Shown: positions 26,193 to 36,725 of the stretch, one piece after another
Position numbering within the stretch: position 1 is the stretch's first letter
Layout of the letters: every line of letters begins with the position of its first letter
NCBI GenBank assembly: GCA_050743075.1
Contig: JBOGDS010000003.1
Span: 12,614 to 76,613, forward strand
Source of the DNA: Jiangellaceae bacterium
Lineage (GTDB): Bacteria > Actinomycetota > Actinomycetes > Jiangellales > Jiangellaceae
Reading direction: 5' to 3'
DNA length: 64,000 nucleotides
The notes under the pieces: model-generated
Databases searched by the model: none
Seen by the model: the letters and a program-made list of their open reading frames with translations, nothing else
What the model was told of the DNA's origin: nothing
Made by a program: the position numbers and the translations under genes

Positions 26193-29063
26193 ATGTCCCG
26201 TCCGTCCCCTCTCACCGACGTCGCCGACGCTGCGCCCTTCGTGGGCCGGCACGTCGGGCCGCGCGACGACGAGATCGCGCACATGCTCGACACCGTCGGC
26301 CACCCGTCTCTGGAGGCGCTGATCGACGCCGCCGTACCCTCGGCCATCCGGACCCTCGTCGCGCTCGACCTGCCGCCCGCGGCATCGGAGCTGCACGCTC
26401 TCGACGAGCTTCGCAGCCTGGCCCGGCGCAACCAGCGCCAGGTCCAGATGATCGGGCTGGGCTACTACGACACGATCACTCCGCCGGTCGTCGTGCGACG
26501 GGTGCTGGAGAGCCCTGCCTGGTACACCGCCTATACGCCGTACCAGCCAGAGATCTCGCAGGGACGCCTCGAGGCACTGCTCAACTTCCAGACGATGGTC
26601 GCCGACCTCACCGGGCTGGCCACGGCCAATGCGAGCCTGCTCGACGAAGCGACGGCCGCCGCCGAGGCGATGACCCTCATGCGTCGCTCGGTACGCCGTC
26701 AGGCCGACCGGCTGGTGATCGATGCAGACTGCCTTCCGCAGACGGTCGCTGTCGTGCAGACGCGGGCCGAGCCGCTCGGCATCACCGTCGAGGTGGCCGA
26801 CCTGGCTGATGGCCTCCCGGAGGGGGAACTGTTCGGCGTCATCACGCAGTACCCCGGTGCATCCGGACGGGTCCGCGACCTCCGTCCCGTAGTCGAGGCA
26901 GCCCACGAGCGCGGCGCGCTGGTCACGGTCGCGGCCGACCTGCTGGCGCTCACACTGCTGGAGGCGCCCGGTGAGCTCGGCGCCGATGTCGTCGTAGGGA
27001 CGACGCAGCGGTTCGGGGTGCCACTCGGATACGGCGGGCCGCACGCGGGTTACCTGGCGGTCCGAGCGGGCCTGGAACGGAGCCTGCCGGGTCGCCTTGT
27101 GGGTGTCTCGGTCGACGCCGACGGATCACCGGCCTACCGGCTCGCACTGCAGACACGAGAGCAGCACATCCGGCGGGAGAAGGCGACCTCGAACATCTGC
27201 ACCGCCCAGGTCCTGCTAGCCGTCGTGGCGTCCATGTACGCCGTGTGGCACGGTCCCGACGGCCTGCGCGAGATCGCGACCCGGGTGCACCGGCACGCGA
27301 GCACACTCGCTGCCGGCTTGCGCAGTGGGGGTGTCGAGGTCGTCCACGGCGAGTTCTTCGACACCGTGCTCGCCCGCGTCCTGGGCCGGGCCGAGGCGGT
27401 CGTGGCGGCCGCGGCCGAGCTGGGCGTCAACCTGAGCCGGATCGACGCCGACCACGTGCGCATCGCCTGCGACGAGGTGACGACGCTGGCGCACCTCGAC
27501 CTGGTGTGGAAGGCGTTCGGTGCCTCCGGGGGCGACCACGCCACTGTCGTCGAAGCCCTGCCGGAGTCGCTTCACCGCACCACGCCCTTCCTCACGCACC
27601 CGGTCTTCTCGACGCACCGCTCCGAGACCTCGATGCTCCGGTATATGCGCAGGCTCTCCGACCGCGACTACGCGCTGGACCGGGGCATGATCCCGCTGGG
27701 GTCGTGCACCATGAAGCTCAACGCGACGACCGAGATGGAGCCGATCACCTGGCCCGGCTTCGCCGGCATCCACCCGTTCGCACCCGTCGAGCAGGCACAG
27801 GGCTACCTGGAGCTGGTCCGCCAGCTCGAATGCTGGCTCGCGGCCATCACCGGGTACGACGCCGTGTCGGTGCAGCCGAACGCGGGTTCACAGGGCGAGC
27901 TGGCCGGGCTGCTCGCGATCCGCGCGTACCACCGGTCACGGGGCGACATCAGGCGCGACGTGTGTCTGATCCCGTCCAGCGCGCACGGCACCAACGCCGC
28001 GTCGGCCGTGATGGCCGGCATGCGAGTGGTCGTCGTCAGTGCCGCCGACGACGGGACCGTCGACCTCGACGACCTGCGCGCGAAGCTCTCCGCCCACGGC
28101 GAGCGGCTCGCGGCCATCATGGTCACCTACCCGTCGACGCACGGCGTCTACGAGGAGGGCATCACCGAGATCTGCCGGCTCGTGCACGAGGCCGGCGGCC
28201 AGGTCTACGTCGACGGGGCCAACCTCAATGCGCTCGTGGGGCTGGCTCGGCCGGGCGAGTTCGGCGCGGACGTCAGCCACCTGAACCTGCACAAGACGTT
28301 CTGCATCCCGCACGGCGGAGGCGGGCCGGGCGTGGGGCCGATCGGCGTCCGCGAGCACCTCGCGCCGTTCCTGCCCAACCACCCGCTGCTGCCGGAAGCC
28401 GGCCCGCCAACCGGCGTCGGACCCGTCTCCGCGGCGCCGTTCGGATCGGCGGGTGTCCTGCCGATCTCGTGGGCCTACGTGCGGATGATGGGTCCCGACG
28501 GCCTGCGGTTGGCCACGTCGGTGGCCGTACTGGCGGCGAACTACGTCGCGACCCGGCTCCGTGACCACTACCCGGTGCTCTACACCGGTCAGAACGACCT
28601 GGTGGCGCACGAGTGCATCATCGACCTCCGCCCGCTCATGAAGGCGACCGGTGTGACCGTCGACGACGTGGCCAAGCGGCTGATCGACTACGGCTTCCAC
28701 GCACCGACGATGTCGTTCCCGGTCGCGGGCACGCTGATGATCGAGCCGACGGAGTCGGAAGATCTGGCCGAGCTGGACCGGTTCTGCGACGCGCTGATCG
28801 CCATCCGGACCGAGATCGGCAGGGTCGGCACAGGGGAGTGGCCGCGGGATGACAACCCGCTCCGCAATGCACCCCACACAGCGGCGACCATCGTCGGTGA
28901 GTGGTCGCACCCGTACTCTCGGGAGACGGCCGTCTATCCGGTCCCGTCGGTACGCGAGGACAAGTACTGGCCCCCGGTACGGCGCGTCGACGGCGCGTAC
29001 GGCGACCGCCACCTGGTGTGTGCCTGCCCACCCCCGGAGGCGTTCGAGGCCGCGTCACCATGA
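26193..29063 (+). CDS. gcvP: glycine dehydrogenase (decarboxylating), glycine cleavage P protein
   Basis: About 956 aa of unmistakable GcvP sequence ('[22 protein letters not shown]', '[19 protein letters not shown]'). ATG at 26193. Confidence 0.95.
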   Translation: MSRPSPLTDVADAAPFVGRHVGPRDDEIAHMLDTVGHPSLEALIDAAVPSAIRTLVALDLPPAASELHALDELRSLARRNQRQVQMIGLGYYDTITPPVVVRRVLESPAWYTAYTPYQPEISQGRLEALLNFQTMVADLTGLATANASLLDEATAAAEAMTLMRRSVRRQADRLVIDADCLPQTVAVVQTRAEPLGITVEVADLADGLPEGELFGVITQYPGASGRVRDLRPVVEAAHERGALVTVAADLLALTLLEAPGELGADVVVGTTQRFGVPLGYGGPHAGYLAVRAGLERSLPGRLVGVSVDADGSPAYRLALQTREQHIRREKATSNICTAQVLLAVVASMYAVWHGPDGLREIATRVHRHASTLAAGLRSGGVEVVHGEFFDTVLARVLGRAEAVVAAAAELGVNLSRIDADHVRIACDEVTTLAHLDLVWKAFGASGGDHATVVEALPESLHRTTPFLTHPVFSTHRSETSMLRYMRRLSDRDYALDRGMIPLGSCTMKLNATTEMEPITWPGFAGIHPFAPVEQAQGYLELVRQLECWLAAITGYDAVSVQPNAGSQGELAGLLAIRAYHRSRGDIRRDVCLIPSSAHGTNAASAVMAGMRVVVVSAADDGTVDLDDLRAKLSAHGERLAAIMVTYPSTHGVYEEGITEICRLVHEAGGQVYVDGANLNALVGLARPGEFGADVSHLNLHKTFCIPHGGGGPGVGPIGVREHLAPFLPNHPLLPEAGPPTGVGPVSAAPFGSAGVLPISWAYVRMMGPDGLRLATSVAVLAANYVATRLRDHYPVLYTGQNDLVAHECIIDLRPLMKATGVTVDDVAKRLIDYGFHAPTMSFPVAGTLMIEPTESEDLAELDRFCDALIAIRTEIGRVGTGEWPRDDNPLRNAPHTAATIVGEWSHPYSRETAVYPVPSVREDKYWPPVRRVDGAYGDRHLVCACPPPEAFEAASP

Positions 29064-29106
29064 TCGCGGAACCTTCCGCTCCCATCGCCCGCATTTCTCT
29101 CCGCGC

Positions 29107-29469
29107 TCACGTGGGGTGCCGCATGTACCACTCGGTGAACTCCCGGCAGCGTCCGTCCGCGGCGAAGCGGATCACCCAGAGGTTGCTGGACGCCCCCCCA
29201 TCGTCGCGGTAGGTCGTCTGACCAGTCGCGGCCGACAGGTCCCCGGTGCCGGCGAGCGGCTCCCAGCTGAACTCGGCCGCACCCGGCTCGTCCCGGATCG
29301 CCAGCCACCGCTCGACGATCTCGGCGTGGCCCCGCCAGGGTGTCGCGTACGGCTCGGTGCGGTACTCGGCGTCCTCGGTGAACAGGGCGGCAATGTCGGC
29401 CGGGTCGTTGGAGGTCCATGCCTGGACGTAGCCGTCCATCCAGGCTCGCAGGCGTTCGTCGTCCGCCAC
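29107..29469 (-). CDS. SnoaL/NTF2-like fold protein
   Basis: 120 aa, 'RLRAWMDGYVQAWTSNDPADIAALFTEDAEY'. Confidence 0.65.
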   Translation of the reverse strand: MADDERLRAWMDGYVQAWTSNDPADIAALFTEDAEYRTEPYATPWRGHAEIVERWLAIRDEPGAAEFSWEPLAGTGDLSAATGQTTYRDDGGASSNLWVIRFAADGRCREFTEWYMRHPT

Positions 29470-29564
29470 GATCCAGGCTCCTTCACTAGGCCAACGGGTG
29501 CTTCACCAGGTTCCTGCGCCTTGTGAAGCACCTGCCAGGGTGGTGTACGTGATCAACGGGAATC

Positions 29565-30953
29565 CTACGAGGCCTGCGATACCGAGGACATGTTGAAGTC
29601 GGGAACCCGCAGCGACGGCATCGACGTCCGGGGGAAATAGTCGCCCCACTCGCGGCTGAACGTGGCGGCGGTCCCGCCCGCCGCGGTGAAGCGTTCCAGC
29701 AGGTCGATCGGGCTCTCGTTGAAGCGGAAGTTGTTGACCGCCCCGACCACCTCGCCGCCCTCGACCAGGTACACACCGTCGCGGGTGAGTCCGGTCAGCA
29801 GGAGCGTCTGCGGATCCACCTCGCGGATATACCAGAGACAGGTGAGGAGCAGGCCACGCTCGACGCCGGTGGCCAGGTCGTCGGCCGACCCACCACCGCC
29901 GTCGACCGTCAGCCCGAGGTTGTCGACGGCGGGCGTGACGCCCAGGCCGGTCAGCTCGGCCGAGTGGCGCGTCTGCATCAGCCCGGACAGGTTCCCGGCG
30001 CGGATCCAGTCCGTGCGGCCCACCGGCAGGCCGTTGTCGAAGACGCTCTGCTGCGAGCTCGATGCGTGCGCCACCACGAACGGCGGGCAGGCCAGGCCCG
30101 GTGCGCCCGGATCGGACCACAGCGAGACCGTCGGGGCCGAGATCTGCTCGCCGACCCTGGTGCCCTCGCCCGGCTTGGCATAGACGGTGCGCCCCTCGTG
30201 GGCGTCACGGGCGCCCATCGTCCAGTACGCGTAGATCAGCAGGTCCGCGACGGCCGCCGGGGGCAGCACGGTGTCGTAACGGCCCGCCGGCAGCTCGACG
30301 GTGCGCTCGGCCCACGTCAGGCGGCGGACCAGCTCCGCGTCCAGCGCGGCGACGTCGACGTCCGCCAGGTCGCGCGACGCCTGTCCCACCCAGGCCGAGC
30401 GGGTCAGGTCGCTCGCCTTGCCGGTGATCCCGATGTACCCGGTGGGTTGCTCGTGCCGCAGCCGCAGGCCGGTGGACGAGCCGAGGTAGGTGGTGGCGAC
30501 GGTGTGCTCGACGTAGCCGTACGAACGCCGGCCCTCGGCGCCGGCTCGCGCGAACGCCTCGCCCAGCGCGGGCGCGATCTCGCTGAAGACGGCCACGGAG
30601 GTCTCGCCGGCCGGCTGGTCCCAGCCCGCAGCCGCGGAACCGGCGACAAGCGGCTGGGCGTCCTCGGCCGGGCCGTTGTCGCGCGCAGCCTGCTCCGCAG
30701 CCCGAACCAGGGCTTCGAGCGTGTCCGGCGTCACGGCACTGCGGGCGACGACGCCGGAGGCCGTGCCGGTGCCGTCGGCCATGGTCGCGACCACCGTGAC
30801 CGACCGCGAGCGCATCAGGCCGTTGGTCGTCAGCGTGTTGTTGGCCCATCGCAGGTTGGCGCTGTGCCCCTCGTCGACCAGGACGACGGTGCCGTCCGCC
30901 GTCGAGAGTTCGAGGCAACGCTCGACGATCTCCTGCGGCCGCAGCGCCGTCAC
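29565..30953 (-). CDS. TldD/PmbA-family metallopeptidase (PmbA/TldE-like subunit)
   Basis: 462 aa with typical family length and C-terminus. Overlaps the tldD stop. Confidence 0.85.
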   Translation of the reverse strand: MTALRPQEIVERCLELSTADGTVVLVDEGHSANLRWANNTLTTNGLMRSRSVTVVATMADGTGTASGVVARSAVTPDTLEALVRAAEQAARDNGPAEDAQPLVAGSAAAGWDQPAGETSVAVFSEIAPALGEAFARAGAEGRRSYGYVEHTVATTYLGSSTGLRLRHEQPTGYIGITGKASDLTRSAWVGQASRDLADVDVAALDAELVRRLTWAERTVELPAGRYDTVLPPAAVADLLIYAYWTMGARDAHEGRTVYAKPGEGTRVGEQISAPTVSLWSDPGAPGLACPPFVVAHASSSQQSVFDNGLPVGRTDWIRAGNLSGLMQTRHSAELTGLGVTPAVDNLGLTVDGGGGSADDLATGVERGLLLTCLWYIREVDPQTLLLTGLTRDGVYLVEGGEVVGAVNNFRFNESPIDLLERFTAAGGTAATFSREWGDYFPRTSMPSLRVPDFNMSSVSQAS

Positions 30954-32476
30954 TTCCCACCCTCCTCGACCGTGTTGAGGATCCGCACGGACCGGAACAG
31001 CGCGGATGGGCAGCCGTGCGAGACCGCGGCGACCTGCCCCGGCTCCGCCTTGCCGCAGTTGAACGCCCCACCCAGGACGTAGGTCTGTGGTCCGCCGACG
31101 GCTGTCATCGAGCCCCAGAAATCCGTGGTGGTGGCCTGGTACGCGACATCGCGCAGCTGGCCGGCCAGCGTGCCGCCCTCGATGCGGTAGAACCGTTGTC
31201 CGGTGAACTGGAAGTTGTAGCGCTGCATGTCGATCGACCAGGACTTGTTCCCCACGACGTAGATGCCGCGGTCGACCTGGGAGATGAGTTCCTCGGTCGA
31301 CGGACCGCCGTCGGCCGGCTGCAGGGAGACGTTCGCCATCCGCTGGACGGCCACGTGCCCCGGCGAGTCGCCGAACGCGCAGCCGTTGGACCTGCTGGTG
31401 CCGAGCGTCGACGCCATCATCCGCGCCATCCGCCGGTCGAGCTGGTAACCGACGAGGACGCCGTCGCGAACAATGTCCCAGCGCTGTCCCTCGACGCCTT
31501 CGTCGTCGATGCCGATCGTCGCCAGACCGTGCGGCACCGTCCGGTCGCCGGTGACGTGCATCAGCGGTGAGCCGTACCGCAGTGAGCCCAGCTTGTCCGG
31601 TGTCGCGAACGACGTGCCCGCGTAGTTGGCCTCGTAGCCCAGCGCGCGGTCGAGCTCGGTGGCATGCCCGATGGACTCGTGGATGGTGAGCCAGAGGTTG
31701 GTCGGGTCGATGACCAGGTCGTACGTTCCCGGTTCGACACTCGGCGCCGCGAGCTTCTCGGCCAGAAGGCTGGGAAGCTCGTCCAGGATGGCCCCCCAGT
31801 CCACCTCGCCGTCAGCGCCGGTGACGTACTCCCAGCCACGACCGGTCCCCGCCGCCAGCGTCGGCATGGTCTCGAAGCGGCCACCCTCGGCGTCGACGGA
31901 GAGGGCCTCGACGACCGGCTCCACCCGAACGCGCTGCTGGGTCGTCACGGTGCCGGCGGTGTCGGCGTAGAACTTGTTCTCGAGGACCTGCGCCAGCCGG
32001 GCCGTGACGTGGTCGACGCCGTCGCGGTCGAGTACCCGACGTGAGTAGGCCGCGAGGAGCTCGACCTTCTCGGCGTCGGAGACCGCGAACGGATCGACCT
32101 GGTAGGCCGAGACCCAGCTGACGTCGGGATAGACGGGCTCGGCTGCCAACTCCACCCGCTCCGGGCTCATGTCGTGGGCGGTCCGGGCGAGGTCCACGGC
32201 CTGCTCGGCAACGCGGGCGGCCTCGTCCACGGTCAGGTCGACCGCGGCGGCGAAGCCCCAGGTTCCCTCGTGGACAACGCGCACCGAGAAGCCGACGTCC
32301 TCGCCGTCGTGGCTTCCCTCGAGGCGCGCGTCGCGCAGGGAGATGTCCTGGCTGCGGATCCGTTCGAGTCGGAAGTCGGCGTGATCGGCGCCCAACTCGC
32401 GAGCCCGCTGGAGTGCGGCGTCGGCGAGCGGACGCATGGGGAGGGCGAGGAACGCGGGATCGATCACGGCAGGCAT
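30950..32476 (-). CDS. tldD: TldD-family metallopeptidase
   Basis: 508 aa, 'HESIGHATELDR' (HExxxH-type site), 'GMAN...' family C-terminus. Confidence 0.9.
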   Translation of the reverse strand: MPAVIDPAFLALPMRPLADAALQRARELGADHADFRLERIRSQDISLRDARLEGSHDGEDVGFSVRVVHEGTWGFAAAVDLTVDEAARVAEQAVDLARTAHDMSPERVELAAEPVYPDVSWVSAYQVDPFAVSDAEKVELLAAYSRRVLDRDGVDHVTARLAQVLENKFYADTAGTVTTQQRVRVEPVVEALSVDAEGGRFETMPTLAAGTGRGWEYVTGADGEVDWGAILDELPSLLAEKLAAPSVEPGTYDLVIDPTNLWLTIHESIGHATELDRALGYEANYAGTSFATPDKLGSLRYGSPLMHVTGDRTVPHGLATIGIDDEGVEGQRWDIVRDGVLVGYQLDRRMARMMASTLGTSRSNGCAFGDSPGHVAVQRMANVSLQPADGGPSTEELISQVDRGIYVVGNKSWSIDMQRYNFQFTGQRFYRIEGGTLAGQLRDVAYQATTTDFWGSMTAVGGPQTYVLGGAFNCGKAEPGQVAAVSHGCPSALFRSVRILNTVEEGGK

Positions 32477-32710
32477 CTACCTGAGCCTAGCGGGGGATCG
32501 GTCAGCGGCCATCAGCGGTGAGACTGGCCCAGGACGATCCGCGCCTCATTGGCACTTCCGCGCGCCACTGTTCGCTTCGTAGCCTCCACGTGGCACCGGT
32601 GATGGCCCGGAGGACCCTGGCCTGTCCGCCGCCCCCTCCCGGCCGGCGGCGGGCAGTCCCAGGGCCTTCCGGCCGACGGATGCGTCAGGTTCGTCTGAGA
32701 CGATGCACAG

Positions 32711-33781
32711 GTGACCCGGGTCGTCTCCGCCACCACCGCCCTGCCACCTCATCGGTACGACCAGGCGGAGATCACCGCCGCCGTTGCCGAGATGCTCGAG
32801 CTCAGCGGTGCGCGGCGCGCGGCCCTCGAGCGTTTCCACGCGGCGAGCGGGGTCCGTACCCGCCACCTGGTCCTCCCACTGCAGCGCTACGGACGGCTCC
32901 GGGGGTTCGGCGAGGCCAACGACACCTTCCTGGCCAGTGCTGTCGACCTGGGCGAGCACGCGGTCAAGGAAGCCCTTGCGAACGTCGGCCTGGCGCCGGC
33001 CGACATCGACGTGCTGATGACCGTCTCGGTCACCGGCATCGGCGCTCCGTCGATTGACGCCCGGCTGGTACCGCGCCTCGGACTGCGCGACGACGTGCGC
33101 CGCATTCCGATCTTCGGCCTGGGCTGCGTGGCCGGTGCCGCCGGCATCGCTCGGCTGCACGACGTGCTCCGCGGCGAACCGGAGGGTGTCGCTGTTCTCC
33201 TGGCCGCCGAGGCGTGCTCGTTGACGGTCCAGCGTGACGACACCTCGCCGGCGAACCTGGTCGCCAGCGCGCTGTTCGGTGACGGCGTGGCCGCAGTGGT
33301 CATGGTGGGGGCTGCTCGCGCCCGCAGGCTCGGCCTGCCCGGGGCCGACGTGGTGGCGAGCCGCAGCCGCCTGTATCCGGACACCGAGCGGGTCATGGGA
33401 TGGGACGTCGGCGCCACTGGGTTCCGCATCGTGTTGGCGGCGAGTGTGGCCGACGTCGTGGAACAGTACCTCGGCGACGACGTCCGCACGTTCCTGGCGG
33501 AGCACAGCGTCGAGGTCGGTGGGGTCGTGCGTTGGATAGCCCACCCGGGCGGGCCGAAGGTGCTGGAGGCGACGGCCCGTGCCCTGCGCCTCGACGACCA
33601 TGAGCTGGACGTCACCTGGCGGTCACTTGCCGCGGTGGGCAACCTGTCGTCGGCGTCGGTCCTCCATGTCCTGTCCGAAACGCTCGGCGGGCCGCAACCC
33701 GTGGCCGGGTCGCCGGGTGTGCTTTTCGCGATGGGGCCGGGTTTCTGCAGCGAGCTGGTGCTGCTGCGGTGGGCGACATGA
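32711..33781 (+). CDS. type III polyketide synthase
   Basis: Catalytic triad contexts 'IFGLGCVAGAAG' (Cys), 'WIAHPGGPKVLEA' (His) and 'VGNLSSASVLHVL' (Asn). 356 aa. Confidence 0.9.
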   Translation: MTRVVSATTALPPHRYDQAEITAAVAEMLELSGARRAALERFHAASGVRTRHLVLPLQRYGRLRGFGEANDTFLASAVDLGEHAVKEALANVGLAPADIDVLMTVSVTGIGAPSIDARLVPRLGLRDDVRRIPIFGLGCVAGAAGIARLHDVLRGEPEGVAVLLAAEACSLTVQRDDTSPANLVASALFGDGVAAVVMVGAARARRLGLPGADVVASRSRLYPDTERVMGWDVGATGFRIVLAASVADVVEQYLGDDVRTFLAEHSVEVGGVVRWIAHPGGPKVLEATARALRLDDHELDVTWRSLAAVGNLSSASVLHVLSETLGGPQPVAGSPGVLFAMGPGFCSELVLLRWAT

Positions 33782-34287
33782 CGGCGTACCTCCTACTCCT
33801 GGCCGCCGTGGCGGCCGAGCGGTTGGCCGAGCTGGTCGTGTCCGCACGCCACGCGCGCTGGGCCTTCGACCGCGGGGGAGTGGAGTACGGTCGCGGCCAT
33901 TACCCGGTCATGGCCGCCGTACACGCAGCTCTGCTGGTCGCCTGCGTCGTCGAGGTCGTGGCGGCCGACCGGCCGTTTCTGCCCTGGCTGGGCTGGCCGA
34001 TGCTGGTGCTCGTCCTCGCCGCCCAGGCCCTGCGTTGGTGGTGCGTGGCGACGCTGGGAGAGCAGTGGAACACGCGGGTGATCGTGGTGCCCGGCATGCC
34101 GCTGGTGTCCACCGGTCCGTACCGGTGGCTGCGGCATCCGAACTACCTGGCGGTCACCGTCGAGGTGGCCGCGCTGCCGCTGGTTCACACCGCGTGGGTG
34201 ACGGCGGTGGCCTTCACGCTGGCCAACGTGGCGCTGCTGCGGGTTCGCATCCCGGCGGAGGAACGCGCCCTGGCGACCGTGCGGTGA
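33778..34287 (+). CDS. isoprenylcysteine-carboxyl-methyltransferase-family membrane methyltransferase
   Basis: Polytopic protein, 'GPYRWLRHPNYLAVTVEVAALPL'. ATGA overlap with the PKS. Confidence 0.8.
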   Translation: MTAYLLLLAAVAAERLAELVVSARHARWAFDRGGVEYGRGHYPVMAAVHAALLVACVVEVVAADRPFLPWLGWPMLVLVLAAQALRWWCVATLGEQWNTRVIVVPGMPLVSTGPYRWLRHPNYLAVTVEVAALPLVHTAWVTAVAFTLANVALLRVRIPAEERALATVR

Positions 34288-35312
34288 CACCAGTCGACAT
34301 CCTGGTGGTGGGGGCGGGACCGATCGGCCTCGGCGCAGCGATCGAGGCGCGCCTCGCCGGCCTTTCGGTGCTCGTGTGCGAGCCGCGGGCGAGACCGGTG
34401 GACAAGGCGTGCGGCGAAGGTCTCATGCCCGGCGCCGTCCAAGCGCTCGAGCGCCTCGGCGTACGGCCCGCCGGGCATCCTTTCGCCGGTATTCGTTATG
34501 TCGACGCCGGTCGTGCCGTCGAGCACCGGTTCCGTGCCGGATCTGGTCTCGGCGTTCGGCGAACCGTCTTGCACGATGCGCTGCACGTGCGCGCAGCCGA
34601 GGTCGGCGTGGAGATCACGGCGCGGCGCGTCGGCGTGATCACGCAGAGTCCGTCAGGGGTGGCCGTGGGGGAGGGCGTGCAGGGGCGGTGGCTGCTGGCC
34701 TGCGACGGGCTGCATTCGGGTGTGCGCCGCCAGCTCGGGCTCCAGGTGCCCTCCACGCGACAGCCGCGCTACGGTGTGCGCCGCCACTTCCGGATCGCAC
34801 CATGGAGCGACGTGGTCGAGGTGCACTGGACGCCGCTCGGCGAGGTGTACGTCACACCCGTTGCAGAGGACCTGGTCGGTGTGGCCGTGCTCGGCACGCG
34901 GGGGCTGGACTACGACGCCGTGGTGTCCTTCGCGCCACCCGTCCGCGATCGGTTGAGCGGCGCCCGGCGCGGGTCGGACCTGTTGGGCGCCGGACCGCTT
35001 CGCCAGTCGACCAGCCGCCGCACGTGTGGGCGGGTCCTGCTCGTCGGCGATGCCTCCGGGTACGTCGACGCCCTCACGGGCGAGGGGATCCGGCTCGGCC
35101 TGGACCAGGCGCGCACCGCTGTCGCGGCGGTGGTCGCCGGGCAGGCGGAGGACTACGAGCGGAGCTGGCGCCGGATCACCCGCGACTACCGGCTGCTGAC
35201 GACGGCCCTGGTGGCGGCGGCGACCCGCCCGACGCTACGCCGTCGCGTCGTGCCGCTCGCGGCCCGGATGCCCCGCCTCTACGGCGCCATCGTCGACCGA
35301 CTCGCGAGCTGA
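34284..35312 (+). CDS. FAD-dependent oxidoreductase/hydroxylase (geranylgeranyl-reductase-like)
   Basis: 'ILVVGAGPIGLGAAIEARLAGLSVLVCE' and 'DKACGEGLMP'. GTGA overlap with the methyltransferase. Confidence 0.8.
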   Translation: MTPVDILVVGAGPIGLGAAIEARLAGLSVLVCEPRARPVDKACGEGLMPGAVQALERLGVRPAGHPFAGIRYVDAGRAVEHRFRAGSGLGVRRTVLHDALHVRAAEVGVEITARRVGVITQSPSGVAVGEGVQGRWLLACDGLHSGVRRQLGLQVPSTRQPRYGVRRHFRIAPWSDVVEVHWTPLGEVYVTPVAEDLVGVAVLGTRGLDYDAVVSFAPPVRDRLSGARRGSDLLGAGPLRQSTSRRTCGRVLLVGDASGYVDALTGEGIRLGLDQARTAVAAVVAGQAEDYERSWRRITRDYRLLTTALVAAATRPTLRRRVVPLAARMPRLYGAIVDRLAS

Positions 35313-35337
35313 GCGGACACAACGTTGTGGTGGGCCC

Positions 35338-36093
35338 TCAGCCGAGCTCGCCGGCGAAGATCGGGGTGGTCGTCGGCTGCTCGGAGCCGCCCTCCGGTTC
35401 GACCGAGAGCGCGATCGTCGTCACGCCGCCGAGGTCGCCGTCGGTGAGGAAGCTGAGATCACCGTCGGACGGCACGTCGAGCACGCCAGCGGAGGCGATG
35501 GCATCGCCGATCAGCCACATCTGGTAGGTGCTGTCGGCGTCGAGCTCGGGTAGATCCTGGGTGAGCAGCAGAACTTCGCCACGTTCCTCGGACGCGACGA
35601 CCGAAGCCAGACCGCCCCCTGCCACGTCCCCGACCGCGTTCTCCACGTCCGGAGCCGCCAGCAGAGCCGCAACCTGCTCAGACTGGTCGGCGAGCCGGTC
35701 TGCCTCGGCCGCGAGCCGGTCGGCGCGCTGGTCGGCCTGGTAGGCGATCACGCCGAGCGAGATCGCCAGCGCGGCCAACACGGCCGCCGCTGCCGACAGC
35801 AGCGTCGCGGCACGACGCGACACTCCGTGCAGGCGCCGCATTTTGGTCGGCTGCGGAGGGAGCTGCCGGACACCGACGATGTCGGCGAGAACACGCCGAC
35901 GCAGGTCCGGGGGAGCGGGCATCGCCACCGCGACGCCGAGATACGCCGCGGTCGCGGTCAGCTCGGCGACCTCCATCACGCAGGCTGCGCAGGTCTCGAG
36001 ATGCCGCTCGAAGGCGCGGCGTTCCACGTCGTCGATCGCGTCGAGGGCATAGGCGCCGGCAAGGGTGTGCCGGTCGTCGGCGGTGACGGTCAT
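35338..36093 (-). CDS. rskA: anti-sigma-K factor RskA-type (zinc-binding anti-sigma N-terminus, one TM helix)
   Basis: 'LAGAYALDAIDDVERRAFERHLETCAACVMEVAEL'. Overlaps the sigma gene stop. Confidence 0.8.
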   Translation of the reverse strand: MTVTADDRHTLAGAYALDAIDDVERRAFERHLETCAACVMEVAELTATAAYLGVAVAMPAPPDLRRRVLADIVGVRQLPPQPTKMRRLHGVSRRAATLLSAAAAVLAALAISLGVIAYQADQRADRLAAEADRLADQSEQVAALLAAPDVENAVGDVAGGGLASVVASEERGEVLLLTQDLPELDADSTYQMWLIGDAIASAGVLDVPSDGDLSFLTDGDLGGVTTIALSVEPEGGSEQPTTTPIFAGELG

Positions 36094-36725
36094 CGGGTCA
36101 CCCCCAGGCAGTCGCGCATGCGGACCAGGCCGTCACGCATCCGGGTCTTGATCGTCCCGAGTGGCGCCTCCAGGAGCTTGGCCACCTCCGGGTAGGTGTA
36201 GCCCCGGTAGTAGGCGAGCGTGACCGACTCGCGCTGGAGGTCGGTCAGGTCGTCGAGGCAGCGCCGCACCCGCTCGGCCTCGAGCGACCGTTCGACGGTC
36301 TCGACCACCTCGTCGTAGTCGCGCGTCGCCGAGCGGGATGCGAAGAGCCGTTCCCGGTCGCTCGCGGCTTCCGCCCGGCGAACCCGGTCGACCGCCCGCC
36401 GGTGCGCCATGGTGAGGATCCAGGTGCGGGCGGATCCGATGTCGGCGTCGAACCGTGCCGCATGTCGCCAGACGTCGACGTAGACCTCCTGGGCGACCTC
36501 TTCGCTCTGCGCAGGGTCCCTGACGACCCGCCGGACGGTTCCGCAGACGGCCGCGGACGTCGCGTCGTACAGCGCACCGAATGCGACTTGGTCACCGCGG
36601 GCGGCCCGCCCGAGAAGTTCCTCGAGCAGGCCGCCGACGGCACCGGTGTCGGTGGTGCGCTTGTGCATACCCACCGGCTTGGCCGACCTCTTCACGAGGC
36701 CGAGTCTGCCGGGTTCTTGGGTCAT
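36090..36725 (-). CDS. sigK: ECF sigma factor (SigK-type)
   Basis: Region 2 'FGALYDATSAAVCGTVRRVV...EVYVDVWRHAARF' and region 4 'LTDLQRESVTLAYYRGYTYPEVAKLLEAPLGTIKTRMRDGL'. The ATG at 36725 overlaps the upstream stop (ATGA). Confidence 0.8.
   Translation of the reverse strand: MTQEPGRLGLVKRSAKPVGMHKRTTDTGAVGGLLEELLGRAARGDQVAFGALYDATSAAVCGTVRRVVRDPAQSEEVAQEVYVDVWRHAARFDADIGSARTWILTMAHRRAVDRVRRAEAASDRERLFASRSATRDYDEVVETVERSLEAERVRRCLDDLTDLQRESVTLAYYRGYTYPEVAKLLEAPLGTIKTRMRDGLVRMRDCLGVTR

Noticed and set aside
29565-33781. TldD/PmbA as maturation proteases of a RiPP or microcin-type cluster linked to the adjacent PKS operon.
   Set aside because: They are transcribed divergently from the PKS operon. 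No precursor peptide or cyclodehydratase-type genes were seen in the 234-nt spacer or nearby. TldD/PmbA pairs are common housekeeping genes in Actinobacteria.
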